Shown piece by piece: positions 9,640-18,911 of a stretch of 64,000 bases of DNA (within the stretch, counting starts at the first letter, position 1; the number at the start of each line of letters is the position of its first letter). The DNA comes from a virus. The notes under the pieces were generated by a model. That model did no database searches. It was not told the origin of the DNA and was given only the letters and a program-made list of their open reading frames with translations. The position numbers and the translations under genes are program-made. Location of the stretch: positions 6,222-70,221 of the IMG/VR virus record IMGVR_UViG_3300048694_000663, one strand, 5' to 3'.

Positions 9640-9882
9640 TACCGTCGGGAAAAGCGGAGTGGCAAGCCTATCTGCAACAAGTAACAAAAGTAATGAAAGG
9701 AACGAAGTAGCACAAACTAGGACAGTCCTATGAGCAATAGTCACGTCCCTCGTTACTACGGCAATAGCACAGGTAGATAACCCTACGGCAATAGGTGCTT
9801 TCCACCATCTGAGTCTTACAACTTCATTGAAGATGGCTAGGAAAAAAGAAGACGCCAAAGCACAGATGATTATTGTTTCCAT
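9622..9882 (-). CDS. Small membrane protein
   Basis: Three hydrophobic segments; TAGTAT 6 nt before the ATG suggests a leaderless transcript. Confidence 0.7.
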   Translation of the reverse strand: METIIICALASSFFLAIFNEVVRLRWWKAPIAVGLSTCAIAVVTRDVTIAHRTVLVCATSFLSLLLLLVADRLATPLFPTVLPPKR

Positions 9883-9891
9883 GAGTGGATA

Positions 9892-12714
9892 CTACAACGC
9901 TCCGTAGTAAATTGCATAGTTCGTGCCAGTTAATAAGTAGTCGGTAAGAGTTGTTTTTATACGCCCGTAGGTAGCGTTGCGATTACGATAGTAGTGACTT
10001 CGACTTGCGCCTGGTGTTCCTTGCCAAAGCAAATCGTTTTGGTCTGCATAACCATAACTTCCATCAAAGTAATCAAGAACAAAGGAGCTCTTCTCAAAAA
10101 GCATTTGGTCAAACACAAGGCCAATACCTGCAGCAGTTGGAGCTACCCAAGTAACTCGAGCAATGGCATAGGCTGCTTCTTCAGGGGCTGTAGCGGTAAC
10201 AAATGGACGAGCAAATGTGAGGGTTGAATTTAAAGGAACAACCCAAGTAGAGCTAGATGATGTTCCCAGAAGAACTTTGCTGGAGTCATACCAATCAATT
10301 TTTACAACAATGTTTTGGTTTACCGTAGGGTTATTGTCAGAAGACATGATGAAATAACCACTAAAGGTATATGCGTTACCTGCGAGTACTGAAATGTAAT
10401 TAGCAGTGTCCGCTACCGAACAGCTTCGTAGCTCAACATCAGCGGTTCCTGTGGCATAAATTTCTCCTGCGTTTGCGCTGGTTGCAATATTAGTTGATGT
10501 GGTTCCCACTACCTCACCAACAGAAACCGCAAGAGTTGCACCAGTCACAGACCAAGGACTTGTAGTTCCGTAGTCAAAGTCTGGATTTTTAAACTCATTT
10601 ACTCTATCTGCGTGGACATAGATTTGAAGTTGTCTTGCATCTTGGTAGTAAGTAGCTGATGACCCAGCCTCAAACTGAACAGCATCAATGTAATGCACCT
10701 CATCCAAGGCAGCGCTTGCTATAGCTACTCTTCCAATTCCAAAGTATGCTGAAGGGTTAGATAACCCACTTACCGATGCTGTTGTCCAATTAACACTACT
10801 GCTAGTAACTGGAGTTCCTGTTACTGTGCTTAATAGGTTTCCTCTAAAGTCATACCAGTCGATGTATAAAGTAAAGGACCTTGTGGTAGACGCAGATAAC
10901 ATTTTTATACTAAAGGTGTAGTTTGTGCTTGCTGATACTGGGATGCCAGTAAGAAGAGGAGAGGCAGAGTCAGCGCATCTAGCTGTGACTGTTCCAGCGT
11001 TGGTGCATTTAATAACTCCAACACCTAACTGGGCGTTGTTAATTTGATTTGGATTACTACCTTCTAGATAAGGTAAGAACGTATAGGGGTATACATGTCC
11101 GCCAGAGCCTGTGTTGGCAGCAACTGCAGACGGCATAGTGATTGTCGTGTTAGTAATTCCATATAAAGCATTAGTTGTTGATGATGAGGTTACTCCAGAA
11201 CTATAAATATTATCTAACCCGCTAGACCCTTGAATGCGTACAGCGTTTCCATTAGTAAAAGCATAAGGAGAAGTTGATGGATAAGTTAAGTTTAAGGTAA
11301 GAGAAGTTCCTGTTGTTGTCCAGCTATTAATATAAGCCCCAACACCTGCGGTGATAGTTCCATTAGTTACTTTCCAATTACCAATTCCTAGTTCAAAGGA
11401 GCTGGTGTCATTATCAAGCATCAAGTTTTTGCCTTGAACAATTGTTGACTCAAGACCAGTAAATGATTTTATGTAATCCTTGGTTCCAACAAGACTACCC
11501 TTTGATTGATAGATGTGAGTAGCGTTGGCAAGCAAAGAACGCATTCTCTTAAATCCAAGTTCTGGCTCATAAATAAATTTAAATTCTTGAAGAGCAGCGG
11601 GTAGTAGTTGACCAGCTACGTGTTTCATGTCGTATCTGGTTGAGGCTAGGGTCGCATAAGTTTTAAGTAAATCATAGTAAAAACCAAATAAAGCTAAGAA
11701 GCTACGTAGCGTAGGGTTCTCTTGGTTTTCAATACTTTGTGTTGTGTCAACTACTTTATAAATATCTGGAAGATAGTTATACATAAGTGCTTGAGTTCCG
11801 TAGTCTTTAACGGATAGTCCTACCGCATTACCTGCTCTAACCCATTGGGTATTAAGGCCAGCGACAGAGGTAGCTGAAACCGTTGCAGCTCCAGTTGCTC
11901 CCGATACAACTGTAAACGTATTAGTAGTTCTTGCAGTAACTTGATACCCAGAAATATTGTATGTAGTTGGGAACATACCATTAACGCCAACAAGGTCTCC
12001 TACTAAAAATGTATGCGCTCCAGAAGTGGTATATGTAACTGTCCCGTCACCATTAGATATTGCACTACTTACATAAACTGGATTTGAAAGAGTTTTAACA
12101 AAAATAGAATAATAATAAAAATGTTCTTGCTCTAGTTGGTTGATAAGTAGGTACCCGCCCTGACCACTAATGTTTGCTCCGCTGTATAGGGCCTCAATAG
12201 TGTAGGTTTGAGGGAATATGACTGGGCGTGATTGAGTTGGCTGTGTAAGAGCTACATTGTTTACGGTGTATGTCCCGTCTACAGAGGTGCCTCCAAAAAT
12301 GGAAACAGAAGTTCCAGCCACAACATAAGAAGCATCAACTATTTCTATTGTTAAGATACCGCTTGTAGCAGACCAGTTAATGATTTCTCTCTTTTTATTG
12401 TGAACCTCGTTATCAGTTCTAGGAGCAATTGATTGCCCTATACCTACTGGGTCATAAAAACTTACAGGAGTTGCTGCTGCTGTGTTTCCTCGAACTTGGT
12501 CCACAAGGACTGTTCCATCATCTGCGGTTTGCGGAAAACCATAACTATTACGAAGTAGACGAATACCTGTCCAGTTACCCGCAGGAGTTGCCCATTCAAC
12601 TAAGATTTTTCCATAGTCAATTGCGGTCGCATTAAACGGAGCAGCATCATAGTCAGCAAGGGCTATGTTTCCGTAATAAGCGCGACCGTAGTAGTCAACT
12701 CCATAACGTGCCAT
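9892..12714 (-). CDS. Baseplate wedge/tail protein (gpI-like core with carbohydrate-binding-like domains)
   Basis: LYNYLP-like YLPDIY...LRSFLALFG...IYQSKGS core; repeated YIDWYD / DAVQFE CBM-like modules; follows baseplate J. Confidence 0.72.
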   Translation of the reverse strand: MARYGVDYYGRAYYGNIALADYDAAPFNATAIDYGKILVEWATPAGNWTGIRLLRNSYGFPQTADDGTVLVDQVRGNTAAATPVSFYDPVGIGQSIAPRTDNEVHNKKREIINWSATSGILTIEIVDASYVVAGTSVSIFGGTSVDGTYTVNNVALTQPTQSRPVIFPQTYTIEALYSGANISGQGGYLLINQLEQEHFYYYSIFVKTLSNPVYVSSAISNGDGTVTYTTSGAHTFLVGDLVGVNGMFPTTYNISGYQVTARTTNTFTVVSGATGAATVSATSVAGLNTQWVRAGNAVGLSVKDYGTQALMYNYLPDIYKVVDTTQSIENQENPTLRSFLALFGFYYDLLKTYATLASTRYDMKHVAGQLLPAALQEFKFIYEPELGFKRMRSLLANATHIYQSKGSLVGTKDYIKSFTGLESTIVQGKNLMLDNDTSSFELGIGNWKVTNGTITAGVGAYINSWTTTGTSLTLNLTYPSTSPYAFTNGNAVRIQGSSGLDNIYSSGVTSSSTTNALYGITNTTITMPSAVAANTGSGGHVYPYTFLPYLEGSNPNQINNAQLGVGVIKCTNAGTVTARCADSASPLLTGIPVSASTNYTFSIKMLSASTTRSFTLYIDWYDFRGNLLSTVTGTPVTSSSVNWTTASVSGLSNPSAYFGIGRVAIASAALDEVHYIDAVQFEAGSSATYYQDARQLQIYVHADRVNEFKNPDFDYGTTSPWSVTGATLAVSVGEVVGTTSTNIATSANAGEIYATGTADVELRSCSVADTANYISVLAGNAYTFSGYFIMSSDNNPTVNQNIVVKIDWYDSSKVLLGTSSSSTWVVPLNSTLTFARPFVTATAPEEAAYAIARVTWVAPTAAGIGLVFDQMLFEKSSFVLDYFDGSYGYADQNDLLWQGTPGASRSHYYRNRNATYGRIKTTLTDYLLTGTNYAIYYGAL

Positions 12715-12717
12715 TTA

Positions 12718-13128
12718 TTAGTATCCGCCCATTACCGCAATCGCTTGGTTGTTTTGAATTTGCGTAGTATTGGTTCCTACAGTTGTTGTTAATGCGGGGA
12801 TTGTGCTTGCTTGGCTTAAAGCATAATTAGCTAGGCCCTCCACATTGGTAATGCGGTCAGAGACTGTACTGAAAGTTGACAATCCCGCATAAATATAGTT
12901 TGTAATGTCTGGGGTGCTTGAGCCTGCTGTAGTTAGAGTAAGAAAGTTATTTAAAGCATTCTTTCCAAACTTACCTGAAATATTTGGGGTAATACCTAAA
13001 GTGGTTTCTACAGCAAGTACTTCAGCTTGGATAGAGTTAGGGTCAGAAGCATCAATTAGGTCTACGTTGTTCTGTTTTGTAGTAAACGTAGTAACGATAC
13101 TTGCAGGGTATGAGGCGTACGTTGGCAT
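12718..13128 (-). CDS. Minor tail/baseplate-associated protein
   Basis: Position in the baseplate module; NSIQAEVLAVETTLG helix; C-terminal IAVMGGY. Confidence 0.55.
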   Translation of the reverse strand: MPTYASYPASIVTTFTTKQNNVDLIDASDPNSIQAEVLAVETTLGITPNISGKFGKNALNNFLTLTTAGSSTPDITNYIYAGLSTFSTVSDRITNVEGLANYALSQASTIPALTTTVGTNTTQIQNNQAIAVMGGY

Positions 13129-13140
13129 TTCTTCTCCTTA

Positions 13141-14622
13141 TTAAATAATTCCGCCAGTAGGGGTTACCGTAATGGTTCCTTGTGATGGAATCTCGTAGTA
13201 AGCAAATGTTAAGTCTGAAACTCCTGAGCTACCTGTTCTATTAAACAAAGTGATGTTATAAGTGTCAACGCCGTCCACCGTTGATATGGCGTTTCTTATA
13301 TCATCTGCTTTAATAGTTTGGCCAAAGCTTGTATTAACAAAATATAACAAACTTGCTATTGCGGTATTTACAGCAGTTTGGGTTGTTGATTGACGTCGTT
13401 TTGCATTAATGGTGACGCTTACAGTCACGTCTACTGCTACATAAACTGGAGGTAAAACAGTGACAGTTGCCGTTGGGGGAGTTACGTCTGTTAATGAGTA
13501 TGCAACTTTTGTTTTAAGATTTGAAAAGGCATCTGTAAATGAACCGCCAGAAGTTCCTGGGTCTCCTTGTTGAGCACAGTATAAAACAACGCTATTGTAA
13601 GAAGTTGCTACGGCATTTGCCTTGTCAACACCACTGACGTTTGCAGTTACATAGTTAGCGTAATCTTGTAGTGTAACAATACGATTTAAAGTTGCAATCT
13701 TTTTTGGAGCATTAACTCTAATAGAGTCGGTTAGTTCTTGGTCAGCTCCGCCGTAGGCAGCGGTAGTCTGTGAGACGTTTAACCCCGCAGTAGTTAAATT
13801 AATAATTTTATTGAGGGAACCAGCAGCTACATTTCCAGAAGCCCCGCTACCAACACGGTAGACAAAAGTTATTTCCGCATTAATTGGTGGGATTCGGCCC
13901 GCAGTGTTGTCACCAAAAAGAACGTAAGTATTGCCATACTCGTCTGTTGTTGTGGAAAAAACTGGGTCATTTGCTGCAGCATCAATAATGTTAGTTATAT
14001 ATGTATAAGGAATTCCGTCAATAGCGACTGAGATGCTTCCATCAATAACGGGCTCTTGTAGTAGCTGATACGTTTGGTTTGCAAGCCCATCTGAAATTTG
14101 AGCAGGGTCGGTTGTTACGGTCTGACCTTCAGTTGCCGTTGTATTTACTGTTCCAACAGTTAATGGGTTCAGGCTTATTGCTGCTGGAACATAAACATCA
14201 AAATCTGTTTCAAATACAATTTGTTGACTAGATGAGTTGAGTACGGTTGTAGTAGATACTTGGGTGCCAGCAGGAACTAAAATTTGGCTTGCCGTGCTGT
14301 TACTAAAAGTTAAAGTTACTTTTGCAGCCCGAGCTCCCGCAGGTTGGTAGTTAAGTAGATTAGCAATTTCCAATACGCTTTTACGCTGGCTAGCAGTAGT
14401 TAAAAAAGCTTCATTTGCTGAGCGGTCAATATAAAAAGACATGATGTCGCCCATATAGGCAAACAGCTCAAGGATAGTTATTCCAAAATCAGCTGTATCT
14501 CTAGTGGTCCATGCAGGCAAGTAGTATTGAATAAGATTCTTTAACTCGTCACTAATAGACGCGTAGTCACGCACCGTATAGTCCACTTGGGGGACATAGT
14601 TATTATAGTTAGCTGTAGCCAT
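13141..14622 (-). CDS. Baseplate wedge protein (gpJ / T4 gp6-like)
   Basis: DYTVRDY, ELFAYMGD, ANEAFLTTA, FGDNTAGRIP, GGADQE and RIVTLQDY. Confidence 0.92.
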   Translation of the reverse strand: MATANYNNYVPQVDYTVRDYASISDELKNLIQYYLPAWTTRDTADFGITILELFAYMGDIMSFYIDRSANEAFLTTASQRKSVLEIANLLNYQPAGARAAKVTLTFSNSTASQILVPAGTQVSTTTVLNSSSQQIVFETDFDVYVPAAISLNPLTVGTVNTTATEGQTVTTDPAQISDGLANQTYQLLQEPVIDGSISVAIDGIPYTYITNIIDAAANDPVFSTTTDEYGNTYVLFGDNTAGRIPPINAEITFVYRVGSGASGNVAAGSLNKIINLTTAGLNVSQTTAAYGGADQELTDSIRVNAPKKIATLNRIVTLQDYANYVTANVSGVDKANAVATSYNSVVLYCAQQGDPGTSGGSFTDAFSNLKTKVAYSLTDVTPPTATVTVLPPVYVAVDVTVSVTINAKRRQSTTQTAVNTAIASLLYFVNTSFGQTIKADDIRNAISTVDGVDTYNITLFNRTGSSGVSDLTFAYYEIPSQGTITVTPTGGII

Positions 14623-14623
14623 T

Positions 14624-15031
14624 TTATCCTCCCTGGACTATTTCCCCGTAACGGTTTAAGGTAACGGTTTTTAATGTAAGAGTCTCGGTATACCCAACTG
14701 GAGTTGTGTAGATTACCTGAACAATTATGGTATTTGTAGCTTCATTTGGGTATGCCATTACTGAGTTAAGTGTTAATGACGGTAACCATATAGCAAAAGC
14801 AAAAGAAACAATTTTTTCAGCCAAAGAAGCTATTGAGGACTCATTCTCAAATGTCAAAGCTGCAAGCCTGCTTCCAAAATCTGGACGCATAACTCTTTCC
14901 GTTAAATTTGTCATTAATACACAGCGTACTCTGTCTTCCCAAATAACGTTGTCATCTTCATCATACGCAATATAACCACTAGCATTTATAGAAAATGGAA
15001 ACGCTATTGCTCTACCTTCAATACCAGCCAT
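14624..15031 (-). CDS. gp25/GPW-like baseplate protein
   Basis: AFPF...LMTNLTERVMRPDFGS. Confidence 0.9.
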   Translation of the reverse strand: MAGIEGRAIAFPFSINASGYIAYDEDDNVIWEDRVRCVLMTNLTERVMRPDFGSRLAALTFENESSIASLAEKIVSFAFAIWLPSLTLNSVMAYPNEATNTIIVQVIYTTPVGYTETLTLKTVTLNRYGEIVQGG

Positions 15032-15570
15032 TAGCTATACACTCCCATCCATACTGGAAAATTAGGGTCGCCCTTTTCAAACATAATCCAAACAACTTGG
15101 TTCAGATTTGGAATCGTCCTATGATAAGTATGCTGTGGGCTAGCGTCCTGCGTATCGTATAAGTCCTTCTTATTTCCTGAAGGCAAGTTGGTATTGGTGC
15201 TGCTATCCACATGCTGATGGTCTAAGTAGTTAGATGTGTCAGGGGTTTTACCTGAATGATTATTGTCATGGGCTACAGTAAAAGAAAAAGAATGAGTGTG
15301 AGAAGGAGAGCCCCCACTCCCTGTGTTTCCACTAAAGGTGTGGTCGGTATGCGCCTTGAGTAGGGCAGCTACTTCTGAAGCTAAATGCTTTTTGTGGTCT
15401 GGGTGGTCAGCATTACTGACTACAGGCATGCACCCAGGAATCCAATCTGTAATAAAATCATTTCCGTATAAATCTGGAATGGCTACCTTTATGCGGTCAT
15501 GATTAGTAGGGTCCTGGTTATCTTTGCAGATGCCTCTGTATAAACCATAATAATGATTATCTAACACCAC
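15031..15570 (-). CDS. Baseplate spike (gp5/gpV OB-fold) with His-rich insertion
   Basis: YGLYRG..DNQDP..RIKVAIP and IP..NQVVWIMFEKGDPNFPVWMG. Confidence 0.85.
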   Translation of the reverse strand: MVLDNHYYGLYRGICKDNQDPTNHDRIKVAIPDLYGNDFITDWIPGCMPVVSNADHPDHKKHLASEVAALLKAHTDHTFSGNTGSGGSPSHTHSFSFTVAHDNNHSGKTPDTSNYLDHQHVDSSTNTNLPSGNKKDLYDTQDASPQHTYHRTIPNLNQVVWIMFEKGDPNFPVWMGVYS

Positions 15571-16879
15571 GGCTCCTCAATGACGCCACAGCAGCAGCTG
15601 TTGCATTGCTCTTTGTTGGTTGCTGCCTTAAGTTACCAGATGTCCCCACCCATTGACCTGGAGCACTTTTAGTAGAGCGAGTCACCGCTGGCTGTTGTCT
15701 ATTTTTAATTTTACTACCAGCGCCTGTAGTAGTAATAGATTTATTTTTAGGTGTTGTATTTTTAGAAAATTTTGATGTTGGATATTTAGATTTTGCTGGG
15801 GTTAGTGGAGATACTACTCTTACTGGTATTTTATTTGGGGCTTGAACAGCAGCTCCCTTAGTAGGGCCCAAAGAGTCTGTGCCAACAACAATTTCTGTAG
15901 TGAATTTCATAGCCTCAATATGATGGGTAGTCTCTAACACTGTCCACAAACCAGAATAGTCGTCACCGATTCCATTCAAGAACACAGGCATATCTGGTTT
16001 TAAACGAGCATCACCAATAACAACTGCTGTGCCGCGATATGGATATCTAGCTCTTTCATCAGCCGCTATTGCCTCATGAATAGCGACAGTGGCATCAGGT
16101 ACTACGGCCTTTGTGTGAAACCTGTCATACGATTCAGTTCTAGAGGTTCCTCTAGTTGTGTTTGGTCTATTTGGGTTAGTCACTACTAATGGGTTTGATG
16201 AGCCTAAGTCAACGCCACCCACAGCTGTTGCCGCTTTCATAGCCCCATCAAAAACTAAAGCTTCTCCAATGGTTGGATAAAAACTATACAAGCTTGACCC
16301 GTTAGGATGGTTTGCCTCTCGCATAACAAACTCAGGGGCCGATGCTTTAAAGTCGTTAAAGTCTTTATAAAACGGGTCAAAATACAAAGCCGTACCTTCT
16401 GCCCTTAAAGTGTGCCCGCTCTTATAGGCCAGCTTACAAATAAATTCCCAATCTGTTTCACCAGTTTGTGCAAGATGGTCATAGACGCGAGGATGTGGAG
16501 TAGAGTGATAAGAAAAATTATGTTTCTTTGCAATTTCAGTAACTACTTGGTCAGCCGTAACTTTAGTCCAAACTTTTTGGGATGCTTGCTTCATAACAAC
16601 AGAAGCTCCAAAAGCAACTACTTCAACAAAGTTTTTTGTAGGGGACAGCTCTGGAGTAACAGTGTGAACATAACCAGTAAATTCTTTTCTTCCTAATGGG
16701 GATTGAACAATAGCTTTAACTGGCGCATGCACTTCTATTTGTTTGTAGTCAACCCCCCAATTCTCTAGGTACATTGTCAAGGTTTCGTGCCCATATCTAG
16801 ACATAGTTAGTGTTGTCATATATGAAAACACCCTGCCTATTTGAGATTCAGGAAATTGAATATCTAAAAAATTATACAT
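15557..16879 (-). CDS. Baseplate hub (gpD/gp27/VgrG-like)
   Basis: QTGETDWEFICKLA motif, GDARLKP..V.L.GIG..YSGLW; located between the LysM and spike genes. Confidence 0.85.
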   Translation of the reverse strand: MYNFLDIQFPESQIGRVFSYMTTLTMSRYGHETLTMYLENWGVDYKQIEVHAPVKAIVQSPLGRKEFTGYVHTVTPELSPTKNFVEVVAFGASVVMKQASQKVWTKVTADQVVTEIAKKHNFSYHSTPHPRVYDHLAQTGETDWEFICKLAYKSGHTLRAEGTALYFDPFYKDFNDFKASAPEFVMREANHPNGSSLYSFYPTIGEALVFDGAMKAATAVGGVDLGSSNPLVVTNPNRPNTTRGTSRTESYDRFHTKAVVPDATVAIHEAIAADERARYPYRGTAVVIGDARLKPDMPVFLNGIGDDYSGLWTVLETTHHIEAMKFTTEIVVGTDSLGPTKGAAVQAPNKIPVRVVSPLTPAKSKYPTSKFSKNTTPKNKSITTTGAGSKIKNRQQPAVTRSTKSAPGQWVGTSGNLRQQPTKSNATAAAVASLRSRGVR

Positions 16880-17159
16880 TTGGAATTACCAATGCTGTTC
16901 CAGGTTTAATATTAGATATGTCTAAAATTGAAGGGTTATACAAAGCAATTATCCACCATAGGGAAGGTCTGCTGTAGTATTTATATGCTATTTGGTCTAG
17001 GCGCTCACCCTGTGTGTATATATGAGTTACAGGGTTGATTGTTCCTAAATTCCCAAATTCGTAAAAAACAATAGGATGTTGGTCCCCATGCTCTTCTAAT
17101 TGAATATAATCAATAGGAGAGATGTAATAGCGAGACCCTGCTTTAATTCCTGTAGCCAC
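16872..17159 (-). CDS. LysM-like baseplate protein (gpX/gp53-like)
   Basis: GERLDQIAYKYY..PSLWWIIALYNP...PGTALVIP. Confidence 0.85.
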   Translation of the reverse strand: MATGIKAGSRYYISPIDYIQLEEHGDQHPIVFYEFGNLGTINPVTHIYTQGERLDQIAYKYYSRPSLWWIIALYNPSILDISNIKPGTALVIPNV

Positions 17160-17168
17160 AATAACTCC

Positions 17169-18911
17169 TTATTTTGTCTTAATCTCTTGTGCAACTTTTG
17201 CGGATGACATCAATACAAAAGATAAACGAACTATTGAATGGGTGGGGACCATGTTAGGCGTAAACATTTCGTGGTTAATATTTAAACTATTTAAATATCC
17301 AAGGTATCTATTTGGACCTATTTCAATCTCTACAAGGTTCATCATTAAGAAACCAATATCAGAAGTGACCTGGCCTAGGCGCGTCCAGCCATCGCCGTTA
17401 ACCGTTCGGTATATATATTCAATGTCAGCAAGCGTTCCTCTTTGGTAGAGGTCTTTAATTTTTTCAGCCCATCTATCGCCCGCATATGTATAGTTTTGTT
17501 TAATCTCTGCGTCATTAGCTACGCTCGTTAATAGGTCTGATAAATTATCTTTTGCAGAAGTAAAATCGGCTTGAGCCTCAGCTATAGCTCCAGTCTGCCG
17601 TCCTATACGACCTAAATCTTTAGCCGCAACCAAGTCTTCATATGTGTAATTTATGGCGGATTGTTGTTTATTAGAGACTAAATCTCCAAAAGAAGCAAAA
17701 TCATTTATTCTACTGATTACCACCTCAACATCTAATTGTTGACCGCTTGGAAACACAGGCAAAGAAGTCTGCCAGTATTGCGTGCTGCTTGGGGTCATCC
17801 CATCGTTTAGTTGAACGGTGGTACTAAAAGATTGAGGGTTCCATAAGAATTGAAAACCATATTTTGTTTTTGCACCATTAGATGCTGTTCTACCTTTATC
17901 GGTTTTTGTGCTGCTAGACTGAGTGAAAGTAGCTTGAGAGTCTGCATAAAACCAAAAACGACCACGGCGTAAATTGTCGTCTGCTCTTACGCCTTCACGC
18001 CCCATCACTAAGTCTGCTTGGATTGGTAGACTAGCTCGATGCGGTGGAAGGTTCCACTCTACGTCCGCTGGCAATGTATACATAGGCGGTATAAAGTCAG
18101 CATATGAAACAACTCGAGGCAGTACCCCGCTTGTAGCAGTTGTACTGCTAGTACTAGAGCCGCCGCCGCTTCCTTTTCTGATAATCTTAATAAGAGCATT
18201 TTGATATGTAGTTTCCGCTGTATCTATTGCTTTTTTAGATGTAGTTATATGAGCTAGAAAAGTATTGTATTTTTTAATGACAGCATCTTTTTGTGCCTTA
18301 AGGCTTGCATATCCATTAATGGCTTCTAATTTAGTTGCTTCCGAAGCATTTGATGCCCCAACAGCTTTTATAAATTTATCTAAATAAGTCCAAGTATCAT
18401 TGCTTGTTAAAAACTGATGTGCCCAAGATAAATAAATAGTGTGGTTAATGTCAATGCCTAAAGTACTCATATTTGGAGCAGGCCAATTATTATTTGTTTT
18501 ATAGGCGCTAAATCTTTCATACCAGTACCTGTCCAGGATGACCCCGTTTAAGGTTGGGAACCACGAGGGAAATGAAACAGGATTAAAAATCTTTGGGATT
18601 GTTATTTTAGTTCCATTAACCGATGGTTTACTTCCTGAGGCTGTAGAGATACCTACAATATTTAAAGTTACAACTGCCTTATTTCCAACAGTTACATTTG
18701 TAACAGGCTTAGCATCAGTAGCTACTTTATCCCCACCAGCTAAACCATTTAATTCATTATAAGCAGTATTAATAGCTCCCCAAGAAGCTTTAATACTCGA
18801 TTCACGTTTTGATTTTGCGTCCGAGTAGGCTTTAAGTTCAGTTGCGTATTTAGAAGACTGAGAGGTAGCAGTCTTTAACCAGGCATCAATTTCTTTTTGT
18901 GTTATTGACAT
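17169..18911 (-). CDS. Tail tube initiator-like protein with long N-terminal extension
   Basis: YGFQFLWNPQSF and YLGYLNSLNINHEMFTPNMVP motifs; located between the tape measure and LysM genes. Confidence 0.6.
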   Translation of the reverse strand: MSITQKEIDAWLKTATSQSSKYATELKAYSDAKSKRESSIKASWGAINTAYNELNGLAGGDKVATDAKPVTNVTVGNKAVVTLNIVGISTASGSKPSVNGTKITIPKIFNPVSFPSWFPTLNGVILDRYWYERFSAYKTNNNWPAPNMSTLGIDINHTIYLSWAHQFLTSNDTWTYLDKFIKAVGASNASEATKLEAINGYASLKAQKDAVIKKYNTFLAHITTSKKAIDTAETTYQNALIKIIRKGSGGGSSTSSTTATSGVLPRVVSYADFIPPMYTLPADVEWNLPPHRASLPIQADLVMGREGVRADDNLRRGRFWFYADSQATFTQSSSTKTDKGRTASNGAKTKYGFQFLWNPQSFSTTVQLNDGMTPSSTQYWQTSLPVFPSGQQLDVEVVISRINDFASFGDLVSNKQQSAINYTYEDLVAAKDLGRIGRQTGAIAEAQADFTSAKDNLSDLLTSVANDAEIKQNYTYAGDRWAEKIKDLYQRGTLADIEYIYRTVNGDGWTRLGQVTSDIGFLMMNLVEIEIGPNRYLGYLNSLNINHEMFTPNMVPTHSIVRLSFVLMSSAKVAQEIKTK

